DNA from: an uncultured candidate division Zixibacteria bacterium
Lineage (GTDB): Bacteria > Zixibacteria > MSB-5A5 > GN15 > PGXB01
Reading direction: 5' to 3'
Length of the DNA stretch: 64,000 bases
Assembly: GCA_963702205.1 (NCBI GenBank)
Contig: OY969724.1
Span: forward strand, 3,136,001-3,200,000
Below, one piece after another: positions 39,876-50,427 of this stretch (its first letter is position 1; every line of letters starts with the position of its first letter). A program made the translations under genes and the position numbers. The notes below the pieces were generated by a model. The model saw only the letters and a list, made by a program, of their open reading frames with translations. It searched no databases and was not told the DNA's origin.

Positions 39876-40699
39876 AAAAATTAGCTGTTCTTATAATACT
39901 TTCAGCTTTATTAACCCAATGCGGTCCACCCAGAACCGGCGAAGAGGCCTTTTACGGTGCTTGTGGCCCCGGCAAATTAACAGTCCAGCCCGGCAACCGT
40001 TCGGCGGCGCTTAAATGGATCACCCCTTGCCCCGACAGCGTCAAAGTAGCCGGATACAATATATATCTGTCCGAAACGTCGCTGGACAAGTACCGTTATA
40101 AAAAGCTTCCCTCGCGTTATGAATCGTATAATTCCGCCCCCTACCCCGGCGACGCCGAGCCCGAAAACGGCTTTGAAACGATGACCATAACCGGCACGGA
40201 AAACGGAAAGACCTATTATATATCGGTACGTACGGTCTACACCGACGGCGCCTTATCACCGGCATCGAACGAAGTCGAAATTATCTGTCGGCCCGAAGGA
40301 GAGTTCGACCTGACCTATCGCTATACCGGGCACGACGACGGCTTTTCATTCGCCGATGACTCCGCCGCCGCTTCCGATGGCGATAAAAACGATCTGTATT
40401 TTTACATTTCCGATGGTATGGACTTTCTGGCGTCGCCGCACAGGCTCAATGGATTTATCCGTCATTCGGGATTTTATTCGCTTGGCAAGACGAGCGATAT
40501 CTATCAGTATCCCGACCTGAAACTCGATATAGAACCGGTCGACCGGGTACCGGTCGGTGTCGGAGAAAGCTATCTGGTTAAAACGGCCGATGGTAATTTC
40601 GCCAAAATTCGAATCGAAGGTGCACAGGGTGAAAAAAGAGATCGGGTGCTGAAAATCAGGTACATATATCAGACCATAAACGGCCTGATGAAATTCTAA
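39872..40699 (+). CDS. Lipoprotein with a fibronectin type III-like domain
   Basis: MKK..LTQC lipobox; L.W..GYNIY..NGKTYY..V..V..S..SNEV. Confidence 0.7.
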   Translation: MKKLAVLIILSALLTQCGPPRTGEEAFYGACGPGKLTVQPGNRSAALKWITPCPDSVKVAGYNIYLSETSLDKYRYKKLPSRYESYNSAPYPGDAEPENGFETMTITGTENGKTYYISVRTVYTDGALSPASNEVEIICRPEGEFDLTYRYTGHDDGFSFADDSAAASDGDKNDLYFYISDGMDFLASPHRLNGFIRHSGFYSLGKTSDIYQYPDLKLDIEPVDRVPVGVGESYLVKTADGNFAKIRIEGAQGEKRDRVLKIRYIYQTINGLMKF

Positions 40700-40724
40700 T
40701 ACACCGGGAAAGGGCACTGCTGTA

Positions 40725-42329
40725 ATGTCAACCGGAAAATTGTCGGCACCGAAATCGACCTGGCAAAGCCTGACAAGCAGACAGAAAAACGCCCTGTTGA
40801 TCATTATTATCGCCGCGCTGGTGCTTCGGCTGGTGATGGCCTTTGTCTCCGATAGTTTCAATCACCCCGACGAGAATTACCAGATAATGGAGCAGGCCCA
40901 CCGGCTCGTCTTCGGTTACGGTTTCATCCCGTGGGAATACCGCTTTGCGGCGCGTTCGTGGATGGTGCCCGGCATCATGAGCCTGTTCCTGTTTTCGTTC
41001 AAATGGCTCGGCATCGACCGGCCGGAAATATATGTCCCCGCCGTGCACGCTATCATGAGCATAATATCCCTGATCTTCGTGCTTGTCGCTTTCAATATTG
41101 CCACCCGTCTGAAATCACCCCGGGCCGGTCTCTGGGCGGCCTTTATTACGGCCGTGTGGTACGAAATGATATATTTCGCGGTCCGTCCGTTAAGTGAAGT
41201 CTGGGGCGCTCTGTTTTTTATTGTCGGTCTGGCATTGGTCGTTAAAGCAGGTCGGGTTCCGGGTCCCGCATTGCGGGATGAGAAACCCGACAGAAAGCTA
41301 CCATTGACGTCAACAAGCGGAATTTTTTGGGGCACTCTTCTTATATGCCTCAGCGCCGCCATACGAATCGATCTGATCCCCCTGGCCGCGGTCGCGGTTT
41401 TATTGTATGCACCGTGGCGAAACAAAACTCTGCTGCTTACGACCGCCCTGGCTTTTATTGTCTTCGTTGTTTTCACAGGCCTGTTCGAGACGATAACGCT
41501 GGGCAAGTCATTTGAATCGTACCTGCATTATTATTTGGCCGACAAAACTTTCTTTATGCAGAACTCATTCGGCGATACGTTCGGCTACGATTATCTTCTC
41601 TTCCCGGGTTTCGCATCGCTCTTTTTATTTTGGGCCGTCTGGCTGGCGGGCCTGGTCAGATGGAAACAATCCGGGAAAATAGTCGTGCTCTGCCTTGTCG
41701 TTGTACTATCCCATTTTCTGGTGCCGGTCAAGGCTCACGAGATAGACTACCGCCATGTGTTTATCGTGATCCCGCTGACTTTGATTGTCGGTGGAATAAT
41801 CATCTCGAGAATGCAGGGTTTCGTCAAAGATGAGAATATCAGGAAATATTTTGTCCCCGTTATGGTCGTCCTGATAATAATCATCAGTACAGCCGGGGCC
41901 TTCATAAAACTCCCACTGGAGAATAATATCTATACCGGGAAACCGGTCGACGTATACAGTCATTCGATATTCTATAACAACCCCCGCCTGAAGGCATATC
42001 TGTACCTTTCGGGGCAGGGCGACGTCGCCGGGGTTTTGGACGACGCCGGCCTGTGGTTTCGCTCCGGCGGTTATTATTATCTCCATAAAAATGTCCCGCT
42101 GTATTTTTCAAGCAAGCCGCCTCGGGACCCGGCTTATTTCAGCCATGTCGTTTCACGAGAGGGTTCCTACGTCCCGGAGGAATTCGAACCGATTAAGGCG
42201 TTCGATGACATCATAGTCTACCGCCGTAAAGATACAAGTTTCATATACAAGACTGACCCGAATTTCACGTACGATATTTTCCAGGACGGCATCGACAACA
42301 ACCCCGCCCTCCTCGACAATCTTCGTTAA
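40725..42329 (+). CDS. GT-C fold glycosyltransferase, GT22 (PIG-B/Alg9)-like
   Basis: HPDENYQ..EQAHRLVFGYGFIPWEY..RSW after TM1, many TM helices, and a late HE..YRH motif. Confidence 0.75.
   Translation: MSTGKLSAPKSTWQSLTSRQKNALLIIIIAALVLRLVMAFVSDSFNHPDENYQIMEQAHRLVFGYGFIPWEYRFAARSWMVPGIMSLFLFSFKWLGIDRPEIYVPAVHAIMSIISLIFVLVAFNIATRLKSPRAGLWAAFITAVWYEMIYFAVRPLSEVWGALFFIVGLALVVKAGRVPGPALRDEKPDRKLPLTSTSGIFWGTLLICLSAAIRIDLIPLAAVAVLLYAPWRNKTLLLTTALAFIVFVVFTGLFETITLGKSFESYLHYYLADKTFFMQNSFGDTFGYDYLLFPGFASLFLFWAVWLAGLVRWKQSGKIVVLCLVVVLSHFLVPVKAHEIDYRHVFIVIPLTLIVGGIIISRMQGFVKDENIRKYFVPVMVVLIIIISTAGAFIKLPLENNIYTGKPVDVYSHSIFYNNPRLKAYLYLSGQGDVAGVLDDAGLWFRSGGYYYLHKNVPLYFSSKPPRDPAYFSHVVSREGSYVPEEFEPIKAFDDIIVYRRKDTSFIYKTDPNFTYDIFQDGIDNNPALLDNLR
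41247..41296 (+). repeat. REP element inside the glycosyltransferase coding sequence
   Basis: GCAGGTCGGGTTCCG-hairpin-GAGAAACCCGACAGAAA matches the reverse complement of 11572-11621. Confidence 0.85.
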
Positions 42330-42482
42330 CATACTGCCGGACAATATAATACAAGGCTTTCAGCACCCCTAATAACGGCCTTACATTTATCTGTACCGGA
42401 ACCATTTTTGTGCATTTTGGTTTTATTTAGAAACAGAATACGGAAGAGTACAAAAGTTAATATTATTCGAACGGAGGTTGTT

Positions 42483-43076
42483 ATGGTAATCAAGATTCTT
42501 CTGGCAGCGGCGGCGCTGCTGCCGATCTTCATGGGTGTATCGCAAGGGGCAGTGCAATACGTCAGCGATCCGGCCCATTCCTCGATCGATTTTTCCGTGC
42601 GACATATGGTTATTTCCACCGTCAAAGGCTTTTTCGACAAATTCGAGGCGACGGTAATGTATGACACTATGGACGTCACCAAATCCAAGGTGAGCGTTTT
42701 GATAAATCCGGCGAGCATAAGCACCAACAACGAAACGCGGGACAAGCACCTCAAGAGTCCGGATTTCTTCGACGTCGAAAAATATCCCGAAATCACGTTC
42801 AATAGTACGAAGATAGAAAAGACGGCGGACGGCCTGGTCATGACCGGTAACCTGACTATGCGCGGGGTGACCAAAGAAGTGTCGTTCCCGTTTGTCATCA
42901 ATGGGCCGATTACCGATCCCTGGGGCAACCAGCGTTTCGGAACCGAAGCCAGCCTGACAATAAACCGCCAGGATTACGGGGTCAGCTGGAACAAGGTTCT
43001 CGATTCCGGCGGCCTGACCGCCGGCAACGATGTCAAGATCGACATTCAAATCGAAGCCGTTCACGCTACCAAATAA
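42483..43076 (+). CDS. YceI family lipid/polyisoprenoid-binding protein
   Basis: DPAHS..F.VRHM..S.V.G.F, SI.T...RD.HL.SPDFF, G.LT.RGVTK, DPWG, INRQDYGV.W. Confidence 0.93.
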   Translation: MVIKILLAAAALLPIFMGVSQGAVQYVSDPAHSSIDFSVRHMVISTVKGFFDKFEATVMYDTMDVTKSKVSVLINPASISTNNETRDKHLKSPDFFDVEKYPEITFNSTKIEKTADGLVMTGNLTMRGVTKEVSFPFVINGPITDPWGNQRFGTEASLTINRQDYGVSWNKVLDSGGLTAGNDVKIDIQIEAVHATK

Positions 43077-43078
43077 AT

Positions 43079-43108
43079 AAAAGGCCGGGCAGCAACCCGG
43101 CCTTTTTT
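43079..43108. terminator. Bidirectional intrinsic terminator
   Basis: AAAAGGCCGGG-CAGCAA-CCCGGCCTTTTTT between convergent genes. Confidence 0.85.
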
Positions 43109-43129
43109 CAAGCAAGTTCTATCGGTAAA

Positions 43130-44875
43130 TTATTCCAGTTTTAAGATGCCATAGCTATTGGGATGATAATCGATTTCCATCCAGTCCGCGACGGCATCCA
43201 GGCGCTTTTGTTTGCGGCGGAAATTAAGATTCACGGTTTTGCCCTTTTGGGCAAGCGTCCCGAACTGCTTTAAAGGAATCCTGGCCTCAAGCGACCAGTA
43301 GCCATCGCCCCGGGCCGTCCTGACCTTATATGTCCCATCCCATTTTTTATCACCGTTGGCGTAACCGTCGGCATCGACGGTAATCTTCGAATCATAACAA
43401 GTTCCCAACGGATTAAAATATATCTGATACGATACCATCGAATCCGGATCAGGTCGTATGAAATACCCGATGCAATCCTCGCCGTACACTGCGCCGTCGT
43501 GGTCCGTGACATTGGCAACGATCGAATCCATATGGGAATCATAGCACACCGCCCCGAGGTACAGATTGTTCTTGTCGTACGCAAACGCGAACACGGTGCT
43601 GTCGGCTCTCACCGGTCGGCCGTTCCAGTCATAAAATTTCTTTACCGGATGGCCCCAGAACAATTCGTTTAATAGCCCGTCGATTTTCATGCTCTTCGCG
43701 GCCGATGCCTCGGCCACGCGGGCAATCCTCATTGGTTTGTGAACCGTGAACTCACGCCCCTCCGTAAACGGCATATCTATCGCGATTTGCGGCAGGGGAT
43801 AAATGCCGCCGCTATTGGCCGCATGGAAAACGCAGGTCTGCGCCTGACCGGAATCAAGATGTATCAGCTGTTCCTGCGGCTGCACGCTCCACGCCGGCGG
43901 AACCTCCCAATAGAGTGTCTCATCGATCACCGATGGAGACAAATTCCTTATGTTCACCGTAAACGTACTGTCCGGCACACCCGAAGCCGACTCGATAAGA
44001 AACGGCTGTTCCATATCGACGGCATGGTATTCGATATCGCGCGCCACCCGCCGCTCGGATGCGGTCAGATCATCCCAGGGCCGGACTCCCCCCTTGTCGA
44101 CTAACGCAATATCAATACCGGGATCGTTAAGTGTCACCCACGCGAAATGATACTGCACGCCGGTCGGTCCGGGATTGGTTTCCGCCCCGCTGCTGCTGAC
44201 CGATAAGTACTTGATGCCGTCATATAGACTGGAGAAATACTCATGATAATGGCCGGTGAAAACGGCATCGACCCCGTACTGCTTGAAAATATTGTGCAGG
44301 GTATCGGGCTTTCCGACCGCAATCGTCTCGTTCCAGAACGGCTTGTGGAAAAACACCAGCGTCTGCGAGGCATCGGTGTGGTCCTGCAAATCTTTTTTCA
44401 GCCACGAAATTTGATCTTCCGGCCAGCCGTACGGATCATCGAAACGGCTGTTGTCGAGGACGACAAAATGCACGGTGTTAAAATCGAAGGAATAATACGC
44501 GTGCGGCCGGTCGCCTTTAAAAATGGACTCCGAGACGTCGTTCCAGATGTCGTGATTTCCGGGGGTAAAATACAGCGGGGCCGTCAGATTCGATACCAGC
44601 GAATCATATTCTCTTTTTTGCTGCATGATTTTCGCCGAATCTTCGACATACCCTTCGATCATGTCCCCCACCGTGACGATGATATCCGGCTTCAACAAAT
44701 TTACTTCTTTCACAATCTCGCCGTAGACGCCCGGCACGTGCCCGCCGGTCCGGTCGCCCAGTACGACCAGCCTCGTCGCAGGAGGCAGGTTGGCGGCGAC
44801 ACCATCATCGGCTGAGACCGATCCGACCATGACCAGCATCAGGATTAAAAACAGTGACTTTGATAAAGACTTCAC
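43130..44875 (-). CDS. Secreted calcineurin-like metallophosphoesterase with a C-terminal CBM9-like domain
   Basis: Signal peptide; GD, GD, GNHD, FHKP, GHYH motifs; IDGLLNE..W, YDKNNLY, ED, W..E.RIPL. Confidence 0.82.
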   Translation of the reverse strand: MKSLSKSLFLILMLVMVGSVSADDGVAANLPPATRLVVLGDRTGGHVPGVYGEIVKEVNLLKPDIIVTVGDMIEGYVEDSAKIMQQKREYDSLVSNLTAPLYFTPGNHDIWNDVSESIFKGDRPHAYYSFDFNTVHFVVLDNSRFDDPYGWPEDQISWLKKDLQDHTDASQTLVFFHKPFWNETIAVGKPDTLHNIFKQYGVDAVFTGHYHEYFSSLYDGIKYLSVSSSGAETNPGPTGVQYHFAWVTLNDPGIDIALVDKGGVRPWDDLTASERRVARDIEYHAVDMEQPFLIESASGVPDSTFTVNIRNLSPSVIDETLYWEVPPAWSVQPQEQLIHLDSGQAQTCVFHAANSGGIYPLPQIAIDMPFTEGREFTVHKPMRIARVAEASAAKSMKIDGLLNELFWGHPVKKFYDWNGRPVRADSTVFAFAYDKNNLYLGAVCYDSHMDSIVANVTDHDGAVYGEDCIGYFIRPDPDSMVSYQIYFNPLGTCYDSKITVDADGYANGDKKWDGTYKVRTARGDGYWSLEARIPLKQFGTLAQKGKTVNLNFRRKQKRLDAVADWMEIDYHPNSYGILKLE

Positions 44876-44964
44876 GGCCCTCCTCCTTTCAGGAAAAATG
44901 AGGAGCCAAAATAGCAAAAGTCTAATCAGTCGGCAAGGATATTTTTAAATGACTCTTTGAAAAA

Positions 44965-45573
44965 TCAGTGAGTTTTTTTGATTTTCATATCTTTGAAAAG
45001 CTCATCCCGGCACTCGGGACAGATACTGTGCGAAAATTCCGCCGATGAATACCTGTGAATGTATTCCTCGACACTGGTCCAATAGTCCTTATCATCCCGG
45101 ATCTTCTTGCACCAGGAACAAATGGGGATAATACCCTGCAACACCTTGACTTCGGTCAAGGCTTTCTTAAGCTCGTCGATTTTAAGGCGGAGCGACGACT
45201 CCAGGTCGATAATCTTCTTGCCGGCGTTGACGCGCGACTTCAGCTCCACGGCGCTGACCGGCTTGACTATGAAATCATCCGCCCCGGCCTGAAAGGCCTT
45301 TTCGATATCTTCCAGGGTTGACCTGGCGGTCAAAACTATAACATAGGTGAACGGTCGGTTTACGATGCCTTTGATATACCGGCAAACCTGAAGTCCGTCG
45401 AGCTTCGGCATCATCCAGTCCAATATGGCCAATTGCAGCTGCTCGTCGCTGTCGAACGTTTCGACGGCGGCTTCGCCGTCTATGGCTATTTCCGTTTCAA
45501 AGCCCCAACGGTTGAGATTGGCCTGAATCAAACGGCCCGAAATCGGATCGTCTTCGGCGATAAGTATCTTCAT
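44965..45573 (-). CDS. Response regulator with a C-terminal Cys-rich (CxxC..CxxC) domain
   Basis: Receiver (AEDD, LDWMMP, KP) followed by IPICSWCKKIRDD..W..EEY..FSHSICPEC. Confidence 0.9.
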   Translation of the reverse strand: MKILIAEDDPISGRLIQANLNRWGFETEIAIDGEAAVETFDSDEQLQLAILDWMMPKLDGLQVCRYIKGIVNRPFTYVIVLTARSTLEDIEKAFQAGADDFIVKPVSAVELKSRVNAGKKIIDLESSLRLKIDELKKALTEVKVLQGIIPICSWCKKIRDDKDYWTSVEEYIHRYSSAEFSHSICPECRDELFKDMKIKKTH

Positions 45574-45583
45574 TCAACTCCAC

Positions 45584-46306
45584 TTACAAACCCATCGCTT
45601 TAATACGATGAATAATTTCTATATTCGTGAAAGGCTTCGATATGAATCCGTCGGGTTTTTCGGTCGCGCCGGGTTCTTCTCCGGCCTGTTTGCCGTAGCC
45701 GCTCATAAGCAGGAACGGGATATCCGGGTATTTCTCTTTCGAATTCTTCAGCAGTTCAAAACCTGACTTATGGGGCATCTTTACATCCGACAATACCAAT
45801 GATATTTTATTCATCTCCAGTTTTTTCAGCGCCATATCCACCGATTCGGATTCAACCACACGATACCCCTCTCTTTCGAGAATTTGGCGCAGCAACTCAC
45901 GGAACATCGGTTCATCGTCGACCACCAGCACCGCCCCCGGACGATGCTCCAGAGCTTTGTTGATTTTATGCATCAATATTTCGGAATCGACCGGTTTGAC
46001 GATGTAATCGACCGCGCCCAGCCTGCGGCCTTTCACGACCGATTCCATATCGCTCAGGGCGGTACATAATATCACCGGTATCGTTTCCAGCCGTTTCTCG
46101 GACTTTATATACTGCAAAAACGTGAAACCGCTCGCGTCCGGCATCATCAGGTCGGACAGTATGATATCGACCACCATGCCGGTTGTGAAAAATTCTATGG
46201 CCTTGTTGGCAGAATTCATTTCAAAAACGTCAAAATCGTTTTTGCTTAGAATCGCCGACGCCAGTTTCATCGAAACCGGATCGTCTTCAATAATCATCAC
46301 TTTCAT
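45584..46306 (-). CDS. Tandem two-receiver response regulator
   Basis: Two REC domains (IEDD..SDLMMP..KP and VDDE..SDVKMP..KP). Confidence 0.9.
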   Translation of the reverse strand: MKVMIIEDDPVSMKLASAILSKNDFDVFEMNSANKAIEFFTTGMVVDIILSDLMMPDASGFTFLQYIKSEKRLETIPVILCTALSDMESVVKGRRLGAVDYIVKPVDSEILMHKINKALEHRPGAVLVVDDEPMFRELLRQILEREGYRVVESESVDMALKKLEMNKISLVLSDVKMPHKSGFELLKNSKEKYPDIPFLLMSGYGKQAGEEPGATEKPDGFISKPFTNIEIIHRIKAMGL

Positions 46307-46644
46307 TGAACCGCCTCCTTCATTTTCCGTGAAGCCTCCTCCACAAAAGCCTGAAAAGCTTCCTGCAAAGCCTGATCGACCGGCTTGCCGAAATCGACCT
46401 GGAACCCCTGTATTTCCAGTTCCGCGGCCATGCCTGACAGTTCCAGCGCCCCCAGGTTGGCAGCCGACCCTTTGATCGAATGAGCCTTGCCCCGGAGCGA
46501 CTTGCCGTCGTATTCCGCCAGCGCCCTGCTAATGTCTTTCATTAATTCCGGAAAATACGTTTCGAACGAATCTATCAGTTCCGCCAGAAGCTCCTTGTCG
46601 CCGTCGGCAATGGATAAAGCCTTTTGAAAATCGAACCGCGTCAT
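46303..46644 (-). CDS. Hpt phosphotransfer protein
   Basis: [21 protein letters not shown]. Confidence 0.9.
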   Translation of the reverse strand: MTRFDFQKALSIADGDKELLAELIDSFETYFPELMKDISRALAEYDGKSLRGKAHSIKGSAANLGALELSGMAAELEIQGFQVDFGKPVDQALQEAFQAFVEEASRKMKEAVQ

Positions 46645-49532
46645 TGTTTACCCCCTGTTGGTTCTTGATTGAAGTTTACACCGATGAATTTATTCATCAG
46701 GCTCGTCAGTCTTTTTGGATCGATCGGTTTGCTTATGTAATCATCCATGCCGGCCTCAAGGCATTTTTGCTGATCGCCGGACATGGCATTAGCCGTCATC
46801 GCGATGATAGGCGTCCTTCGGTTGGAAATCGCCTGATACTCTCTGATGGCGCGGGTCGCGTCATAGCCGTTCATGACCGGCATCTGCACGTCCATCAGAA
46901 TCACGTCAAAATCGTTATTTTTAATCATATCGCAGGCCACGTTTCCATCACCGGCCATCGCTACCTCGCAGCCGATTTTTTCCAAAAGCCGGCCTGCCAG
47001 TTTCCGATTTACCGGATTATCTTCGACCAGCAATATCTTACCGGTCCCGCAGGAATTCAATGATCCGGCCCACGCTTCTTTCTCGACAGTCGCACTGTTC
47101 CCGTCGGATTCGTCCGGCCGGAGTTTTATATCATCCTCGCTGGATTTTATCCTGGACAAAATTTCCCGCAGCTTCAACTGCGAGACGGGTTTGGACAGTA
47201 GAAAATCGGCTCCCACTTCGGCCGCGAAGGCCACGTTCTGCCGCTTGTAAGGATTACCGATAAGTATAATCGGGCAGTTTGTCCCGCCGCCCTTGAGATC
47301 GATTCTATCATCCGGATTGTATGTACTTACATCGATCACGTCGGCATCGAGTAAAATCAGGTCGTACGATGATGATTCGTCAGCAGTGTGTTTTAGATAA
47401 TCTCCCCAGCCGGGTCCGGTGTCGACGGATGCCGACCAGGATTCAAGAATTCCGCGCAAAAGGTTCCGGACATAATCGTTCTTGACTATTACGAGCGCCC
47501 ACATGCCCGCCCATGCCGGGTTTTCGGGCATAGTCTTTCCGAACGCTCCTTCAGGCAATTTGAATTCGAGATTGATGTGGAAGGTCGTGCCCGGCCCGCC
47601 GTGGTTTGATTTATTGGTCGGGCTTTCGGCCCGGATTTCACCGTGCATCATCTGGATTAAATGCCGTGATATAGTCGTCCCCAAACCGGTCCCGCCGTAC
47701 CGGCGCGAGGTCGACCCGTCGGCCTGCGTAAAACTGTCGAAAATTTTGTCCAGCCTGTCTGCCGGGATACCGATACCCGTGTCCGCGATTTCAATTTCAC
47801 ACTTTATTGATGTCTCCAAACGCTGCCCGCGTATACGGACGACGATCTCACCGATATCGGTAAACTTTATGGCATTGCCGACCAGGTTCAAAATTATTTG
47901 CCGCAGCCTCAGGGGATCGCCGACTATCCCGTCCGGCAAATCAGGAGCGATATCTATGATCAGTTCGATGTCCTTCTCGACTGCTTTAACCAGCGTCGGC
48001 TCCAGCGCTTTTTCGACCGTTTTACGGAGACTGATATCGACCTCGTCCAGATGCATTTGCCCGGCTTCGATTTTCGAGAAATCCAGAATGTCGTTCAATA
48101 ACGCCAGCAGGCTCTCAGATGAATTTTTCACGACCATCAGATACTCACGCTGCTCATCGCTCAGGTCGGTCTCCAGAGCGAGGCCGGTCATTCCGATAAT
48201 TCCGTTCATCGGGGTGCGGATTTCGTGGCTCATATTAGCCAGAAACTGGCTTTTTGCCTTGTTGGCCTCTTCGGCTTTCTTTTTGGACTGATGAAGTTCT
48301 TTGACAAGCAGCTTCAATTGGGCCGAATTCTGCTCCATATGTTCTTTGGCGGTAATGGCCAATGTCAGGGCTTCGTCCAGTTCCTTATTCTTGGCCACCA
48401 GCTGCGTCGAATAGTGGTTTATTTTTTCTTCGCTGAGTCTGCGTTCGGTAATGTCCAGCATAGCTCCGACGATTCCGCCCAACCGACCTTCGGTGTCCTT
48501 AAAGGTGGCCTTATGGAAGGCAAAGAACCTGGCCTCACCGGTGGTCGTCACGACCTGCCCTTCGTACATCTGCGTGCCTCCGGCGGCCATAAGAGCCAGG
48601 TCTTTCTCCTGATATTGGTCGGCTTTTTCTTTGGGAGATAGTTCATAAACCGTCTTGCCGACAATTTCGCCTTTGCTCTTTCCCATTATTTCCTCAAAGG
48701 CTTCATTACACCCGATATATATGCCATAGCTGTTTTTGAAAAAGACCGGGACGGAAATCGCGTCGACGATAGCCTGAAGAAATGAAACATTGAGGTTGGC
48801 TTCCTTTTCGGCCTCCCGGCGCAGACTGATATTTTTATTGAATTTGCGACCGATGACGATAATGACCCCGACTCCCAAAAGCCAGAAAATGAAATGAAAT
48901 ATTACGTCGTTTACGGTTTCCCCTCCGAGTCTCGCGTAAATCGGCGCCATGGGGATCGAAGCGCTGATACCACCGTGCGGATCGCCCAGTTTATATCCCT
49001 GCGAAGCGTGGCATTTCAGACAAGGGGCTTCGATATACAACGGTTTCAACAACCGCATGTACTCCTGCCCGTCCTCAACCCGGAAATCGTTTACCAGGAG
49101 TTTGCCCTGTTTGACTTTTTCCAGGGCCTGCTTTTCCCACGGATCGGGGGCGTTTTCGGGACGCATCGGCGTGAGGCTTGTCAAGTGCGATTTTATATTC
49201 GACAAAGAACTTTGAAGTTCGTAAACCTGGCGGGTCATATAATCATGATTCACCAGCGTCAGGGCCGTTCCTCCCGACGTGACGATATCGCGGCTCTCCG
49301 CGTCCTTCAGGTACTCATTTGGAGCGGTCGAATCATTGACGGCGACATAAACGCCGCCGTGAGAAGCGTTCCAGCGCCGATAGATCATGTCTTTTTCGAT
49401 CAGGCTTTCGGCCCACAAGGCGGCGGTGGCCTTTATCGTTTTTTCGTGATGCCAAAAAAAGACCACCATCGACAGTCCGACCAAAATTGTCCAGATTATC
49501 AACGGCAACAATATATATTTATGCGCCTTCAT
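46641..49532 (-). CDS. Hybrid sensor histidine kinase: heme-c (DUF3365-like) sensor, PAS, HisKA/HATPase, two REC domains
   Basis: [56 protein letters not shown]; one degenerate and one intact receiver. Confidence 0.93.
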   Translation of the reverse strand: MKAHKYILLPLIIWTILVGLSMVVFFWHHEKTIKATAALWAESLIEKDMIYRRWNASHGGVYVAVNDSTAPNEYLKDAESRDIVTSGGTALTLVNHDYMTRQVYELQSSLSNIKSHLTSLTPMRPENAPDPWEKQALEKVKQGKLLVNDFRVEDGQEYMRLLKPLYIEAPCLKCHASQGYKLGDPHGGISASIPMAPIYARLGGETVNDVIFHFIFWLLGVGVIIVIGRKFNKNISLRREAEKEANLNVSFLQAIVDAISVPVFFKNSYGIYIGCNEAFEEIMGKSKGEIVGKTVYELSPKEKADQYQEKDLALMAAGGTQMYEGQVVTTTGEARFFAFHKATFKDTEGRLGGIVGAMLDITERRLSEEKINHYSTQLVAKNKELDEALTLAITAKEHMEQNSAQLKLLVKELHQSKKKAEEANKAKSQFLANMSHEIRTPMNGIIGMTGLALETDLSDEQREYLMVVKNSSESLLALLNDILDFSKIEAGQMHLDEVDISLRKTVEKALEPTLVKAVEKDIELIIDIAPDLPDGIVGDPLRLRQIILNLVGNAIKFTDIGEIVVRIRGQRLETSIKCEIEIADTGIGIPADRLDKIFDSFTQADGSTSRRYGGTGLGTTISRHLIQMMHGEIRAESPTNKSNHGGPGTTFHINLEFKLPEGAFGKTMPENPAWAGMWALVIVKNDYVRNLLRGILESWSASVDTGPGWGDYLKHTADESSSYDLILLDADVIDVSTYNPDDRIDLKGGGTNCPIILIGNPYKRQNVAFAAEVGADFLLSKPVSQLKLREILSRIKSSEDDIKLRPDESDGNSATVEKEAWAGSLNSCGTGKILLVEDNPVNRKLAGRLLEKIGCEVAMAGDGNVACDMIKNNDFDVILMDVQMPVMNGYDATRAIREYQAISNRRTPIIAMTANAMSGDQQKCLEAGMDDYISKPIDPKRLTSLMNKFIGVNFNQEPTGGKQ

Positions 49533-49900
49533 TATTCCAGTATCGACCGGTGTATCGCTAATCGGCCATTAATATTGAATCGTACAATTTGCGTCCGCAC
49601 ATACCTGACGATGTTATTCTCTTTGCAGCACTGCGAATCGAAATCGAATGCCGGTAATTTGCCCCTTAAATAACTCGCAACTAATACCTTTTAAATCGGC
49701 AATAAATAATTCGTCATTAGTCGGCAAGGTGAAGAGGGCGGCTCAAGTAATATTGGCGGATAAAAACCTGGCTGCGAAACGTCCGCTCCCCAAATTTCGC
49801 TGATCAAAATTTGAACAAGCCGGGAAATTTAAATTTTATTGTCATGGAATGGATATTTCCTTACATAAATAAATGAAAACTGACAGAAATCGAAAGGGCG

Positions 49901-50399
49901 ATGATAAGACTAATCCTGATCCGCCACGCCAGCGCCGAAGTAACCAATGCGGACTCCGGTGATTTCGGGCGGCGATTGACCGATGACGGCCGCAAGAAAT
50001 CGGCCCGCATGGCGTCGAAACTGGCCGACCTTCAAATCGTGCCCGATATCATAATTTCCAGTCCCGCCGCCCGGGCCCTGGAAACCGCCGAGATATTCAC
50101 GGAAATTTTGGGATTTCCGGCTAATCAAATCGTGCAGGAAAAGACAATTTACGACAGTGCCGATTCGAGAGACTTTTTTTGGATGCCTCGATGGCCTCGA
50201 TGACGACATAAAGACCGCCGTCGTGATCGGGCACAACCCAACCATGTCCGAATTCGGTTGGTATTTGTGTCCCAGCTTTCGCGGCAGTATGAAAAATGCG
50301 GCCGTGCTCGGTATTGGCTTTGACGATTCCAACTGGAGTTCTATAATCCCGGGGCGGGGCAGGCTGCTTTTCTACTGGACTACCGAAAAAGATAATTAA
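49901..50399 (+). CDS. sixA: SixA-like phosphohistidine phosphatase; frameshift at T7 run 50174-50180
   Basis: LIRHA, D..R.LT..G, SSPA.RA.ETA, then in the next frame VIGHNP. T6 instead of T7 restores one ORF. Confidence 0.85.
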
Positions 50400-50427
50400 C
50401 CCGGTATAGAGCTCCCAATCTCCTGAT

